Assembly (NCBI RefSeq): GCF_036321535.1 | Contig: NC_087438.1 | Location: forward strand, 6,264,001-6,328,000 | Origin: Camelus dromedarius | Lineage: Eukaryota | DNA length: 64,000 nt | Direction: 5' to 3' | In this document: positions 49,091 to 62,247 of the stretch, piece by piece | Layout of the letters: the number at the start of each line of letters is the position of its first letter | How positions within the stretch are numbered: position 1 is the first letter of the stretch | Translations under genes and position numbers: made by a program | The notes under the pieces: generated by a model | The model's database searches: none | Told to the model about the DNA's origin: nothing | Seen by the model: the letters and a program-made list of their open reading frames with translations, nothing else

Positions 49091-52018
49091 CTCCTTCTTT
49101 TACAGTAGATTTCCTTACAAAATTCAGAAGTAATACTCACAGACTATCTGACTACCTGGTGACTAACAGGTCACCTGTCACTGAGTTCACCTGTCAGCCA
49201 CCTGCGTTGGGGAGATGAGGCCACTGGGAATGGCACTGTCCTGTAAGTTAGGGGTAATGTCAGAAATACTGGGTTGAAGTCCTGATTTCTTTTCCAGTGT
49301 AATTTTAGAATCTTGTGTAAACCTTTCCGTCTCTGGTGTATCATGCTGCCATCTAAATAAAGGGCTTCCAGCTCAGTCACTGGGAAGAGTCCCCTTTCAC
49401 TCTAAAGATGATGATGGCACAGCAGCCAGGGGAGAATCTGTTATTTCGAGACATGCAGGTGCTTATTTGGTCTCCTTATTTTGCTAGTTGCTGCACAGCG
49501 CATTTTGGAACAGGGACTCACTGTGTGGCGTGACATGCTCATCACCGTGATCGTGAATGACCCTCAGTCCGTGGGTGATTTTCATGCATCAGTAAAGCCC
49601 AGGGATACTCTTAAGACCACACTAACCTTGATAAGCAACACCACGGGTTATGCAGGACATAAATGTTACTTGAATTACTCTAGGTTTGTAAATTTAGATC
49701 TTGCTCGAACACCTCAGGTCTCTTATACCGAGAACAGTGCTTTTAATCACAATTACATAAGCAAAAAGAACATTAATCAATATGTCAGTCAACTGTTGTC
49801 CTGTCTCCCAGACAAGAGAAATCCATAAACATTGGAAATAGGGAACTTTTAGTGGAAAAGAGGTTGCCTTCTTTACTCTGGCCAATAAAATCAAATCTTT
49901 CTTCCAGTCAAAAAATTTAAAAAAAATTATATAGAAGCAAATTACATTTTTTATAGCTTTGAAAAATACTTCTCTAAATCGGCTTTGTATTAATGCTAAT
50001 CATTTCATCTAGCTTATTTCTTTCTAAGAGATTTTTAGGAAGGGGTGTATAATTAAAACAACAGTTGGGTAATATGGGATTTCGCATTTTCTATCTGGTA
50101 GCCTACATGAATCAGAAAAATACATGTTTTTCTTTCTTGTGTTTTTCTCAGAGTGACATAATTTATTGCCTGTTGTTGAATACTTTGCATAGTCTTATAA
50201 AAGCGTATCTTGATAGATGACAGATTACATTGCAGGAGATGATAGAGATGGTTTAGTAATGAAATCACCTCGTGCCAGAAAAAAAAAAAAAAAGATCTTG
50301 TTATGTGTGTTTTAAGGACAGTGAATCAGAGCGCACATCCCAGCCTTCTTTTTCAAGCAGATATGGTGGAGGCGCAGCCCTGAAATCAGGGCAGGTCCAC
50401 ATCGCCCTCTGACCTTCCTTCAGTTTATAAAGGAAACTATCATCTCAGTGGAAAGAAGCAACTTTAGTGATAACCCTCCAGTTGCTTCTTAAATATTGGG
50501 TCATTTCCATTTTGACTGCAGAACTACACAAGCTGCCCTTGTAAACTAAGCGGGTGAGCGTGCATTTCCCGTTACGTAATTAAGCATGCCCCGACGTCCA
50601 CTCAAACAGCCTTCAGTCTTTACTTCTTAAGAAGAACTGCTATCATCTTCTGCCCTTCTTGCCACTGACAGTGCCAGGTCAGACGTCGACAAGGAGATGC
50701 GCTGATTCTTCTAACGTGCGCGTCTCGGCTTTAGAGCCACGTTTCAGACGTTGTGCTTTATGTTTTCTGTAGCTGCAAAGAATTCAAGGTGAACGCCTTC
50801 ATGTGGTTCACACATAAGAAGGGTCTTAGCACAAACACTGGCCTGTCTTAACCGGTTGCACGACACACTGCAACAAAGTTTGCTTCTCAAATCAGAGATC
50901 TGGAGCTAAATAACGAAAAGGACTAGCTGCTAACCCCGCCGCGAGGCTTTGCTCAGAGCCTGGATGTGGCGACGCAGCCACCCCAGCAGTGAAAGGCTGA
51001 GATCTCATGTCGACCTTCGGGGAACGACACTGGTTCCAATAGCTCTGCCTCCCTCGGGTCACTCTGCCTGATTTTCTCACAAATAGGAGGACAGGCTTCG
51101 TGACACATGGCTTAAATAAAGGGAAGAGCAGGTTCTTTGACAGGAAGCAGACGGACTGTTGAGATGCCTCAGGCAGACACAGCCTGGACTTGAACTAACG
51201 GAACGTGTCCCTTCCCTCGTCACTGCTGTCCTGCAGAGGCACCGCCGGGACGGACAGCTGGGCGATCAGCAGCGACGTGACAGCAAAGTGATTTATTAAA
51301 GGTTCAAACGTGTTCAAGTTAATAGGTGTTGCTCATATTCTCTGAGAACAGAGGAAAGAATTTGCAATGAAGGTTCTAAAGACAAAGGGAGAAAAAAAAG
51401 GCTGGACCCTACAAGTGAGGACTCAGACAAATGAACAGGCAAAGGAAAGTTTGCAATCTGTTTTCCTGGATTCAGAGTCTGGCTCTGAACACAGGGGAGT
51501 TTCCCCTCATTCTGCAGGTTCCCTGTGGGAATATGCATCAGGCCGTTTCTCCCGGAACTTCTCGTGACCCTGTGGGGTACCTGGGAGACTGTCCCACCTG
51601 GGGTTCCATGATGGCATCCTTTAGTTTATTCTTTTAAAAACTCTACTTAGCTAGTCTTCTGGAATTATAGCTCCCAAGGGATAGTGATGGGTGTGGGAGA
51701 TGCTATTTTAGTAACGTTACAAAGGGCAAAATAGTCCACACCAAACTCTGGAGATAAAAATCCAAGAATAAAACGGAGATGTTATGCCTCATTTTCAAAC
51801 TAGCACTGTTGTTTCTCCTCATAACAGACAAGATGATGGCAGCGTTCTGCGTGGTTCTGTGCAGGCTAATGGCTGAATGAGTTAAGAGAGCACAGACTGG
51901 ATTGTGAAGAAGGTTCTTACATGAAAATGTGTGGACATCACAGAAGCGCGGGTTAGGGTCATGGGACAGCCGGGTTCCCGGGGACGGTGTGTCCAGAGCT
52001 GGAGACACGGACACTTAC

Positions 52019-52136
52019 AGGGCAGGTGGAGATGCTCTGCTCCCACTGCGTCATGCTCAGGCTCTCCTCCAGGCTCGTGCATGTCTTCATCACCACATCC
52101 CAGCCACAGTAGGGGTCCTGGGCCCCAATACAGGCG
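52019..52136 (-). CDS. SEMA5A: Semaphorin-5A internal coding exon (PSI domain C-terminal part; probably the equivalent of human exon 13)
   Basis: Translates (S)ACIGAQDPYCGWDVVMKTCTSLEESLSMTQWEQSISTCP, matching the SEMA5A PSI region. Acceptor tgtgtttcAG|C (AG at 52138-52137), donor CCT|GTAAGT (GT at 52018-52017). 118 bp, phase 2 to 0. Confidence 0.97.
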
Positions 52137-52490
52137 CTGAAACACACACCAAAGGGTCAACAGAAAGGCAGGTTTGTCCGCGACAATAGATGCAAGTTAG
52201 GAATTGACCCTGATGGTTTGACATGGGAACTACTTATGAGAAACAAAGTTTTAGTCTGCACACTAGAGAACACAGCTATCTGCAGACACCAATAAGTATC
52301 CAATTAAAATTAAATCATTAAGTTTTGCTGACATATCTATTTTAAAAAATTATTATTATTATTATTTTTTTTTTTAAGATACAGGGCAGACAACTAAATG
52401 ACTACGTGTGCTAACACAAGTCTTTTGGTGTCATGAACAATCCAAAGTCAGAACTTTGCAAATGTCAAAGATTGAGATGGTTGGTGTTAT

Positions 52491-52522
52491 CACCACCACC
52501 ATCACCACCACCATCATCACCA
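52491..52522. repeat. Imperfect (CAC/CAT)n trinucleotide repeat
   Basis: caccaccaccatcaccaccaccatcatcacca. Confidence 0.9.
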
Positions 52523-55119
52523 ACCCCTTATGGACAGGCATTATTTGTTGAACACCTAATGTAACATATAAAATTATTACATCAATTAAACATTTAAACA
52601 ACTCTAAGGAGGGAGGTATTATTATGTTGACTTTATTTATGAGAAAACAGAGTCACATTATTTATAAAATTTGCTCAAGGACAAGCAAATATACCCAAAA
52701 CCCTGCAACATGGTTAGTTCTATTTTATAAAATAGGGAAGTCTTCCATTTGAGTATTGTAGCTTACAAATGTATTAAAATCTTCAATTTAATAGTGGTTT
52801 AGTATAGCTCTGTCTGCAATAGTCAACATATTCTATCAGAAATACTATAGATGGTAGATTCTTTAGCTTTGTCTCAGTAAAAGAGCTCATATGACATGGG
52901 CATTGTTGGGTGAAGATGTTGGCCCATTTACATTATAAACACAGTAGAAGGTAGATGTAGGGATGGGGGAAGCAGACAGATGACAGTGGTGGAGCCAAAA
53001 TTATACAGACAAGCAGGGCACTGGCCACCCTCTCTCTGAAGGGGTCAAGAGATCGGGGGCAGGACATGGTTGTGAGGAGGGGTAGGTGAGGGCAGCATGG
53101 ACGTGCCAATGTCTTCTGAGTTATAACAGAGCTTACAAGAGGGTGACTCTGTTACAGTTACTGGGTGACCAAGAATAGGACTAGAAATTATAGCATAATT
53201 ATCCAACATGGAACCAGGGAGGTAGTGTAAGTAATTACAAGGCATTAATATTAATGATATTAAAAACCCTAATTAATATAGCAGATCTTAACCTTGTAGA
53301 AAGCACGTTATTCTCTGTTCTAAGAACTCGACCTCTATTAGCTTATTTAAACCTCGTAAAACCTTTACATATAGTACATCAGTTAGTCACTCCATTCACT
53401 CCCACTTTAAAATGAAGAAACCGAAGCAGAGAAAGGCCAAGTCCAAGCCCCACAGCTGGGGAAGATACATCTAACGGCAATAAATCAAGCAACAGAGGTA
53501 TAAACGATTACTGATTAAGTTACTAGGAAAATATCATACCTCAGCCAGCCAAGGAAGTTCCCGTGGTTAACACGGCGCTTCTCACAGCAGGACTAGGTTG
53601 GGGTGGGAAGGGCTGTGAAACAGTTACCTGTCACCAGAACCTCGCTAGAACGTTTTGGTAAGTGCCCACACACGTGTTAAAAGGTAAACTGAGGCATATG
53701 AAACGTTTCCAGAGTTTTGCTGACATATCTAACATCCGGCAGTGGCAAACGGGAAGAAGGCAGGAGGTCCCGCCCACAGGAGCCAAGGATGGGTTTTTAC
53801 AAGGAAGAGTAGGAAGCAAAGCATGAAGGTTATTTAACTCCCTACAGCTTACGTGGCGCCTTATTTGGGAAAGCCTCACTGGCTATTTGCAGTAGATTTT
53901 CTCCAATTCCAGTGCGCTGACCCTGGCTTAGCCCTGCTGAGCTAGCATCACTGATGGATGCCACGGTGTGCACCACACATTGGAATGTGCTCCATGTTTG
54001 AGCCTGTCTCCCTGCTAGTGAGCAAGTCGGGTTTAACTACGCTTAGAGATTTACCCCAGAAGCCTGAATTCCTTTTCATGTTTCTTATTAAAGCAACATG
54101 ACCATTAGACAAAATTAAACTTTCAAGAAAGGAGGAAATTCCACCAAGTCCCTAACTTTGCCCAAGGCTCCCCTGCAAAGCTGTTTGTAGATTTCAAACA
54201 ATGCCACAGGGTTACATGGAATATTTTAAGCTGTTTTAAATGAAAAGCTGCTTGTAATAACATCTCTTCCTTCCGATACTGCTGATGGTTCTGCAGATTC
54301 TCAAAATTACACTTATCCCTTCAAATACTAAAACTTATCTACAAACACAAGTGCCCATTCATTGAAAATACCATTTATATATCGTTTTCTTCACTTAAAA
54401 TATTTCATACCATGGGCAACATTCTGATGAGCGCTACCTTTATTCCAAATTATACTTTAAGAAAAACCAGTCATCGTGACATTATTTTTGGAAGAGATCA
54501 TGTGGAAAATCACAGACTTCCTATTAACGCAGCTATCATGAAAGTGGCTTTTCTTCATTTCACTTTGAAAATGTTTTTCTTTGTGTGATGAATCTTTTAC
54601 ATAATTTTTTCCGTTATTTTGTTAAGAACCTTAGATTATTCTCATTTGATACCTTGCCCTGGTATTTCAAAGTATCAGAATTCAGAAAACACGTTGGTCA
54701 GCATCTGATATTTAATTTGAAAACGTATTTATTGAAAGTGGATTTTAGAGCTAAATGTATATTTAGAGGTGGGCTTGAATGCTAGAAGGGTAAACTCCTT
54801 TTCCTCTTACGGGAAATTTACCTAATGACATCGAAATTTATCTAAACTCTTCTTTTACTTTCTGAGGTTTGGGGTTACACCATTTGTTGAGTAATAGGAA
54901 AAAATAAGCATATTCAAAACAGTTTTTTCCCCATAATTTTGGAAAGCTGGAGCTAATTACTGAGTAAGATCCCCTTGCATATTAGATGATCTGAGTATTG
55001 GTGACTTCATCTGGATGGTTTCTCTCACACTAATTGCCATTATGTAGTTCATTTTCGATATTAAGAATTTTTGCTATCACAACAAAATGTATTCATTAAA
55101 CACGGGATTTTAAAAGTGT

Positions 55120-55400
55120 TTCCATCATTCACTCATCAAGCACATACTGAGTACCTTCCATGAACTGACTCTGAAAGTGCTGAGTGTCCCAGGTAAACAA
55201 AACAGAGTCAGTGCACCCAGAGAACTCACCTTTTAGTGAAGGAAATAGGCATTAAACAATTACACGGATAAATATCAACAGCCAGTTGAAAAGGGAAAAA
55301 CAGAAGGGAGACCAGGAAATATGTGGGGAGAGGCATTTAAACCAGGACCAATAAGATGAATTGAGTGAGAGACGTGATAATTTTCAGCAAAAACAGGACA
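55120..55400 (-). mobile_element. L2 3'-end fragment
   Basis: catcattcactcatcaagcacatactgagtaccttccatg...gtaaacaaaacagagtcagtgcacccagagaactcaccttttagtg, the reverse L2 tail pattern. Confidence 0.6.
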
Positions 55401-58400
55401 TCATGGCAGCGAGCTCAGCGTGAGAATGGTGCTCAGGGAGGAGGGAGTGAACTTGAGAGTCTGAAGAAACACGGACTAAACGGAGGCGGGGCTTTGGCAG
55501 AAGCTTGAGGAGCAGAACCAGCTGAGCCCTCAGCCTCCATCCTTAAGGACTTAGGCTTCCAAGTGCTGCACCTTTAAAGTGCTTCCCGAATTCCGTGCAA
55601 AAATCGCACGTCACTTATCACGATGGTGATAGCGGATGAGAGCAATCCATCTGTTTGTGAACGACAGACAGTCCTTCATTCCTGAGACGATCTGAGGGGC
55701 CTTATTCCTGACCACTGTGTCACCATACACTTCAGAACCTGCTTTTGCTTTAAGAGCTGTGTTAAAAACATGATCTTGCTAAAAGTAAGACTGAAAAAAA
55801 TCCAGTTAGACAATAACCTTCCCAAGAAATGCATTCTGAGACACCCACAAACCCCAACTGGTGAATCCAGCTGCAGCATGTGTTTTCTTCAGCTTCCTCT
55901 TCTGCGAAACTGGAAAGACAACATTCACTTCACTAGGCTGCACTGAGGATTAAATTATGTTAAGTAGTAGAGAAAGAAACAAAGCTCTTTTGAGATGGAT
56001 GCATACAGTTATTCTACTTAGTCTGTAAACATAATTATAAATTAATATATGCTACTGACTTCTGGGAGTGTTTGAAAACATTCTATACCCAGAACACTAA
56101 ATCTGTGAATGCCATGGGCTCTTTATTTAATAAGGCAACGTGAGACACCACAACGTGTTCCATCAAGTGGTGCAAAGTAGTTCAACAACACGTTTGGATC
56201 AACTCACAGTGGTTTTTTTTTTTTACCACTTGCGTAAGCGCAGCGCCATGTGTTGAAGACATTGGGACCAGGAATGAACTTGCAATCTAGTGAGGGAGTG
56301 AGAACACATTCATAACGGTGCTTGACAACATCTCAGTGAGGGAGAACATGCTGGCGGTACAGGAGTCAGAGGACAGAGACTGGCCCTGAAGGCTTCCAGG
56401 AGGAGGTGATGTTTAGGCTGGCCTCTGAATGCAGCTGGGGTTTAGCTGAGCAAGGAGCACATCCCCGGGCATGACGGCCCTGGGAAGGATGACACGTGGT
56501 CACGCGCACATGGCATGATCAGGGACGTGAGCCCTGCAGCTTGGCTGGGCTGAGAGTTCCTTAGGACACCAGAGAAGTATACTGATGAGATTAAAATGCT
56601 GGGGTTTTGCCTAAACAAGGGAAATTTGGCTATAATATACAAGATGTGTCAGATCATGAAATCTACTAGAAGATCAATCTATAATTCCCTGAAGAACTAA
56701 TTTACAACTACAATTGCAATAACATTTTTTAAAGTTAGGACATATGCCAGGTACACAAAGACATAATTACTAAAAAATATATGTTTACTCTCATTATGCA
56801 GAACTTGCCGAAGGCATTTAAAAATAATTCATGGTACACGCTCTGATTTGTAGGAGAAATTAATGCACTAGAATTTCAATTAGTCACTCACACTTAATAT
56901 ATTAAAAACTGTTCACTATTGGCTTATCATTAAATTATATTGATCCAATACAATGAGGATTTGTCACATTTCAATTTGCTTTTAATATTAAATTAAAAAT
57001 TGACTTGTACTGCCAGTAATACTAAGTAAATGGTTTTTAGTTAAAATCTTATTGAGTGGATATAACACTCAGCGTTTCCTGAAAAATCGGTTTTAAAACA
57101 AGATTGATACAAATTTTACAGTGAAGCATTATGAAAAATTGATAGCTAAAAATAAATAGTGAAAAAAGTAGACGACATTTGAAAATAAGCAAAACAAAAG
57201 TGCTTTCTGGAATCCAGTACTTGCGATCAGCTTGGGCTTCTGATGTGAGACTGACAGTCTCTCTTCACCCAGCGGTCCCGCACAGAATCCTAAACTGTTT
57301 ATCTTGGCCTCTGGGTGGGCCTCAGTCATTGAGAACTTTTCTCTAGAAGAAATCTAAAATCTCTCTGGAAGGGCCAATTATGTCCCTGGAGAGAAGCTCT
57401 CCAGGGAAGGCGGCCTTGGCCATGTGCAGCTTTGCACTGTGGGTGGAAGGGGCCCGGGGAGTAAACACGGGCCTTTCACAGCTCAGGGATGTTGAAGTCA
57501 TTACCAGGAGTGATGAGCAGAAAACGCTAAGTCCGCGTGTCCAGGAAGGAAAGAAAGAATCCCTGTTTTTTTCATTCAGGGAACGGTCTACACTCCTGCT
57601 ATTCCGTGTTCTCTCTTCCGTAAAAGAGGTAATTATAGGCTCCTCCAAGTTTCCTCTCCTCTCTGGCCAATCCAAGCTAAGGATGAAGACCCGGTTACTT
57701 CCTGCCCATGTCACGTCTCTTCAAGAGAAACCCTTCTGTAAATGAGGGCTTAGTGGGAAGAATCAGAAGACCCAGGAGAGGCTGAAGGACCGACAGTCAC
57801 AGCTAATAAATGCACAGGGAGTGAGGCAACACATCTTAGCTTTTACTCAAAATCTTAGAAGACAGTAAGTCCAGAAGGGAAAGAAAATTATTATTTTGGT
57901 TTCTTATAATTCAGTCTACTTAACCGTTTGCCCAGGACTGAGCCCTGAACTGAGGACTGAGGCTGGGCCAAGGAGTCCTCCTGTGGAGCACAGCCCACCC
58001 CAAGAACATCCTCCCATCTCAGTGGGACAGTTGGGGCGTGTGTGGTGCCTACCTTGCACCTGGATCCTCTGTTGCCTCCTCAACCACCAGGATGAGCCTG
58101 GGGGCACAAAGTTAAGCACCGGCTCTCTTCACACCTCACCCTGTCCAGCCTCCGTAAGTACCTGAATCTCAGTCCTTCCTACATGGATAGGTACACGCTC
58201 ACCTGAGACAGGGGATTATGGAATACCCACAGACAGATGCTCCTGCCGGTCGGCTGGAGCCATGCTGACGTCACTCACCTCCACACAGAATGCGGTCATG
58301 GTGGAGTCTCACACTGCCAGAAAATCCATTTGCCCAAACAGACCAGAGATAGGTAAATAATTTAATGCAAGGTGCAGAATCTGGTCTGATGGGCCCTGTA

Positions 58401-59436
58401 CATCAGATAATGTGAAGTTGTTTAGGAGTGGAAGAACAAATTCTCTGCCCTCCATTTGGTCCAGAGGCAATGTGATGCACATCTGGGCAAAGAAGGCAAA
58501 GCACCTGTACATGAGCAGCACTGGACAGGCAGGACCTACGTGAACTGACTACAATACTCAAGCTGGAAAGGAAAGGAGCCAGCTCATACTGAACTTTTTC
58601 TATGTATCAGAGCCAGTATACCGTCTGTCTTTCTGCCCCAGTAACATCCTGACACTGCTCATAATCACACACCAAGCCAAAGGCTTACCCAGAATCTACT
58701 TGAATTCAAAGCTCATGATCGTCACATATGCAAGCTGCTTTGCAGACACATAGGAATAATTAATTCCTTAAGAACCATTCATTCACTGGACCATGCTGCA
58801 GAGACAATCTTAGAGGGGTGCTCAGTGGATAAAAGTCAAGGTGTTTCTGCTCAGGATAATTCAGATGCAATGATCTGGAGCCGAGAAAACTGCTACAGCC
58901 CAACCCTTCCCACAAAATTCTTTACATAACTTTAAATTTGGGAGCTCAAAAGCAGGAGGCCTGTGGGATAGACATGAAATAATGAAACCTCACACTGTGA
59001 GCCCTTTAGTTGTGTTTCTAAAACACCACTGAAGTACAAAATTTTGGTTAATTATACTGATTTGAAAACTTCATCCAAGTGACTGTTTGGAACCTAGATT
59101 GCCATTTGAAAGACAAATATGCTCTTTTAGGGAACTGAACAGAAAGCTGGACCCAAAACTCTTGGGTAGCTGAGGAGAGCTAAGGAAAGCTAAGAGCCTG
59201 TATCAGTGAACTTCCCTGTGGAATGTTTCTAGCATCCTTTCATATTCTTAGGAACTTACTCTCCATGGTAACAATTGGATGATATCAATGTATTTGGCAG
59301 AAGAAGAGAAGGGGAAAACTGGACTAATCACCCCATGGTTGCAGGGGCTGCCCGTGGCGCCTCTACAAGATGGAAGTCACATACTTTCGTTGCTTTTATT
59401 GTCCACCTGGATCAAATATATGTTCATATCACTGTC

Positions 59437-59636
59437 TAAGGTGGATTTCCCATGACACTAAGGAAGCTTAAGCTTCCTGACTTCATGAGACCCTTTAAGG
59501 TTCTGTGATCGGCTGTAGTGTTTTGTATTTATAATGTGATATTCTTTTCCTTAGAATAGAGAATCCTTCTTAGAGTAGAGAATTCCTCCCAAATTGTGCA
59601 AGCTTCAGACCCCACGAAACCTACCTTTCTCCCTGA
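59437..59636 (+). mobile_element. Short hAT-type non-autonomous DNA transposon (MER96-like)
   Basis: ggtggatttcccatgacactaaggaagcttaagcttc...ttttgtattt...tattcttttcctta...cccaaattgtgcaagcttcagaccccacgaaacct...cccctg matches the recalled consensus layout. Family name uncertain. Confidence 0.55.
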
Positions 59637-60254
59637 TTACTACAGAGCAGTAGTATGACTTATTTTCCTTCATTTACTATCTAGTTCATGTACGTTGATG
59701 TTCTGCCTATCGCATTAGGACTGTTTCTTTTCCACCCTGCCCAGGACTTGGGGGTGCTAACTTGAGACGTTGCTGGATGACACTGTGTTCCAGTCCAAGC
59801 CCGCCTTGGATCCTCTCTTACAATGTGCTCTTTAAAGTTGCAATTAGCATGCTGGAAAGCATATTTTTGGCTTTTTCCTTCTATTTTTAAACAGTTGTAA
59901 TGATGGCAAACACGTCATCTTTTTTTTCAATTAATATAATACCATAAAGATGTCTTCATAGTCATCATTCAATGAGTTCAAAATAACCCATTGAGTGAAT
60001 ACTCCATTGAATCAATATGTCATAACTTGGTAATGAATTCCCTGACTATTAGAGAGTTAAGATTGGTTGTGATTCAGATATAGGTTAACACACAATTGGA
60101 CAGGGGTAGCAGGCTTGGAGATTAGGTCCTAGTGGAGTCCAGGATCAGACTTTAATGATAAATCGATTTTGGGATAAAGTCTAAGGTAACTCCAAGGCCC
60201 TTTGGCTCAGATCCACGAGAGGTATTTGGAGATTTTATTTATGTCAGAATTTCT

Positions 60255-60380
60255 CATTAGATCCTGAGCCCCACAAAGACAGGGTCAGGGATGCCTCATC
60301 CATCACTGTACACACGGAGCCTGGCTTGGTGCTTGGCACATATGAAGTTCGATAAATATACTATGAATGAATTGACTAAG
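60255..60380 (+). mobile_element. L2 3' end
   Basis: tagatcctgagccccacaaagacagggtc...catcactgtacacacggagcctggcttggtgcttggcacatatgaagttcgataaatatactatgaatgaattga. Confidence 0.7.
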
Positions 60381-61575
60381 GAAAATCCACGGTCTTTAGA
60401 GGCTAAACCAAAGCCAATGCAAACAAAAACCCAAGATGTTGAGACTTGGAAAATATTAAATTCATTTTGAAGGCAGAATATTTACTTTGTAAAATGGGTA
60501 CATGTCAAAATGTCCTTCTGATGTTTATATGATGCATATCTGAACGGCTAAGCTTGTCTTGCAGGGGAACCTTGTGGAGACCCTGCAGTTTCTCTCTGTA
60601 CATCGTGTGTTTCTCCCATCAGGCAGATGGTGTCTTTAGGGAATATTCAATTAATAAGGGTGCTAGCCTATTAACACCACCGTTTAAAACTTTGTTCTTT
60701 CGAGCAGTAAACATCCACAGTAAGCTAATTTCCATGCTAATTTTCCTAATGAGGTGCTGGTTTTTTTCTTACAGGCTAACTAGATTAAGAATGACTAGAT
60801 ACCCATTCACGAATGGAGCTCAATTTTTTTTTAAATGGGTTCCTCCTTCCCTCCAGTTCTATGAAGCAAAATTCACAAGGCACATCTCCTCTGTGTTACA
60901 CAGAGGCTGAGATTCCTCCAGTTCTCAGCTTTTCTTCTCTCTCCAAATAGCTTTCATAATAAAGCAAAAACACCGAAGGCAGAAGGATGTTCAGTTCTCT
61001 GGCTGATGTTTTATATCACTACACTGTTGCATAAAGGGAGTTTTACTGTTTCACAAGAACTGAGGTTTTCTTTTTAGGGGACAAAGTAAAACAGCAGAAA
61101 GGGGAGAGGCAGGGTATCTGCTAATTGGATAAATCTCTGCCGAGCCTGTCTCAGGCTGCGCACATGCTCCAGGCTGCTCAGAACCTGGGAAGATGTGAGC
61201 CCTCGGAAGCTCACGTGCCCACGGCTGAACAAAGTGCACTGGCAGCCGTACTCAGAATTCTAGCTTCTCTTCTTTGGACATTCTCGCTCTGATTCCGATC
61301 AATCCCTCATCTATAAAATGTTAACTCTGCCACCTGATAGGTTTATCTTATCTCATAATCGTGGTGGGTGTCAAATACAAAATAAAAAATCTATGAGTAA
61401 ACACTCATAAGAGCCGAGAATGACATAATATTAAGAAAATACTAGGGTTTAGAGTTAAGTTATGCTATTTAATACTTAATTTACATACGTTAATACCTAA
61501 TGTTATACATTAGTAAATATAACAATTTAAGGCACATTTATTCATTCAAAAGGCAAATATGATAATAATCTAATT

Positions 61576-62247
61576 CAGGAATCAGCAAACAGCCCATGGG
61601 TCTAATCCAGCCTGTTCCCTAAAGTTCTACTGAAACCCAGGGTAGGGGGCTGCTCGGCCCTGGTGCCTGGCTGGCTTTTCACGGCTCCACACAGGGCAGA
61701 GCTGAGCCGCAGCTGACCTAAGCTTTGGCAGAACGCCCTGGGACCGTCCCGATCATGGCTCATGGGAGGAGTACGAGGGCCCGCTACGAGGGGTTCCCCT
61801 CCCACCTCCCTGTGTTCCAGGGGAGCTGAGATGGCTTCTCATCACCTCCTGGGTTCAGATGAGGAACAAGGAGTTTTGCTTTTCACTCTCGCCCCTGCCA
61901 GGGTACAACTGCAGCAGGGAGTCAGCTCCTCGGCAACGTGGCCTCTACACTCGCCTGAGCCTTGTCATCTGGCCTCTTCTGTTTTGGTGTCATCTGTGGG
62001 ACAAGGGACAGATGCCTTTTCTGCTCTAACTTTTGTTGTCTGTGTAAGTGAGAAACTGAGTGTAAGAGTGAATCATTCCTGTGCCTGACGAATCCGTGCC
62101 CCTTGCTGACACACGGCCACACCCACTCACTGCAGCCGAGGGCCCCTACAAGGACAGGGCTGAGCGGCTGCAACAGGGACCACGTAGCCTGGGAAACTGG
62201 AAACGTTTCCTGTCTGCCTCTTTACAGAGAAAGTTTACCGCCCGCTG
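61576..62247 (+). mobile_element. MER58-like hAT-Charlie ends (5' part ~61576-61717, 3' part ~62105-62247) around unrelated sequence
   Basis: Left end caggaatcagcaaac..gcccatgggtctaatccagcctg..taaagttctactgaaaccc. Right end gcctctttacagagaaagtttaccgcccgctg. Confidence 0.6.

Noticed and set aside
58266..58273. Full CRE palindrome TGACGTCA
   Set aside because: A single 8-mer is expected about once by chance in 64 kb, and there is no supporting context.
59461..59478. Perfect 18-bp palindrome aggaagcttaagcttcct
   Set aside because: The core aagcttaagctt appears to be part of the hAT MITE in which it sits.
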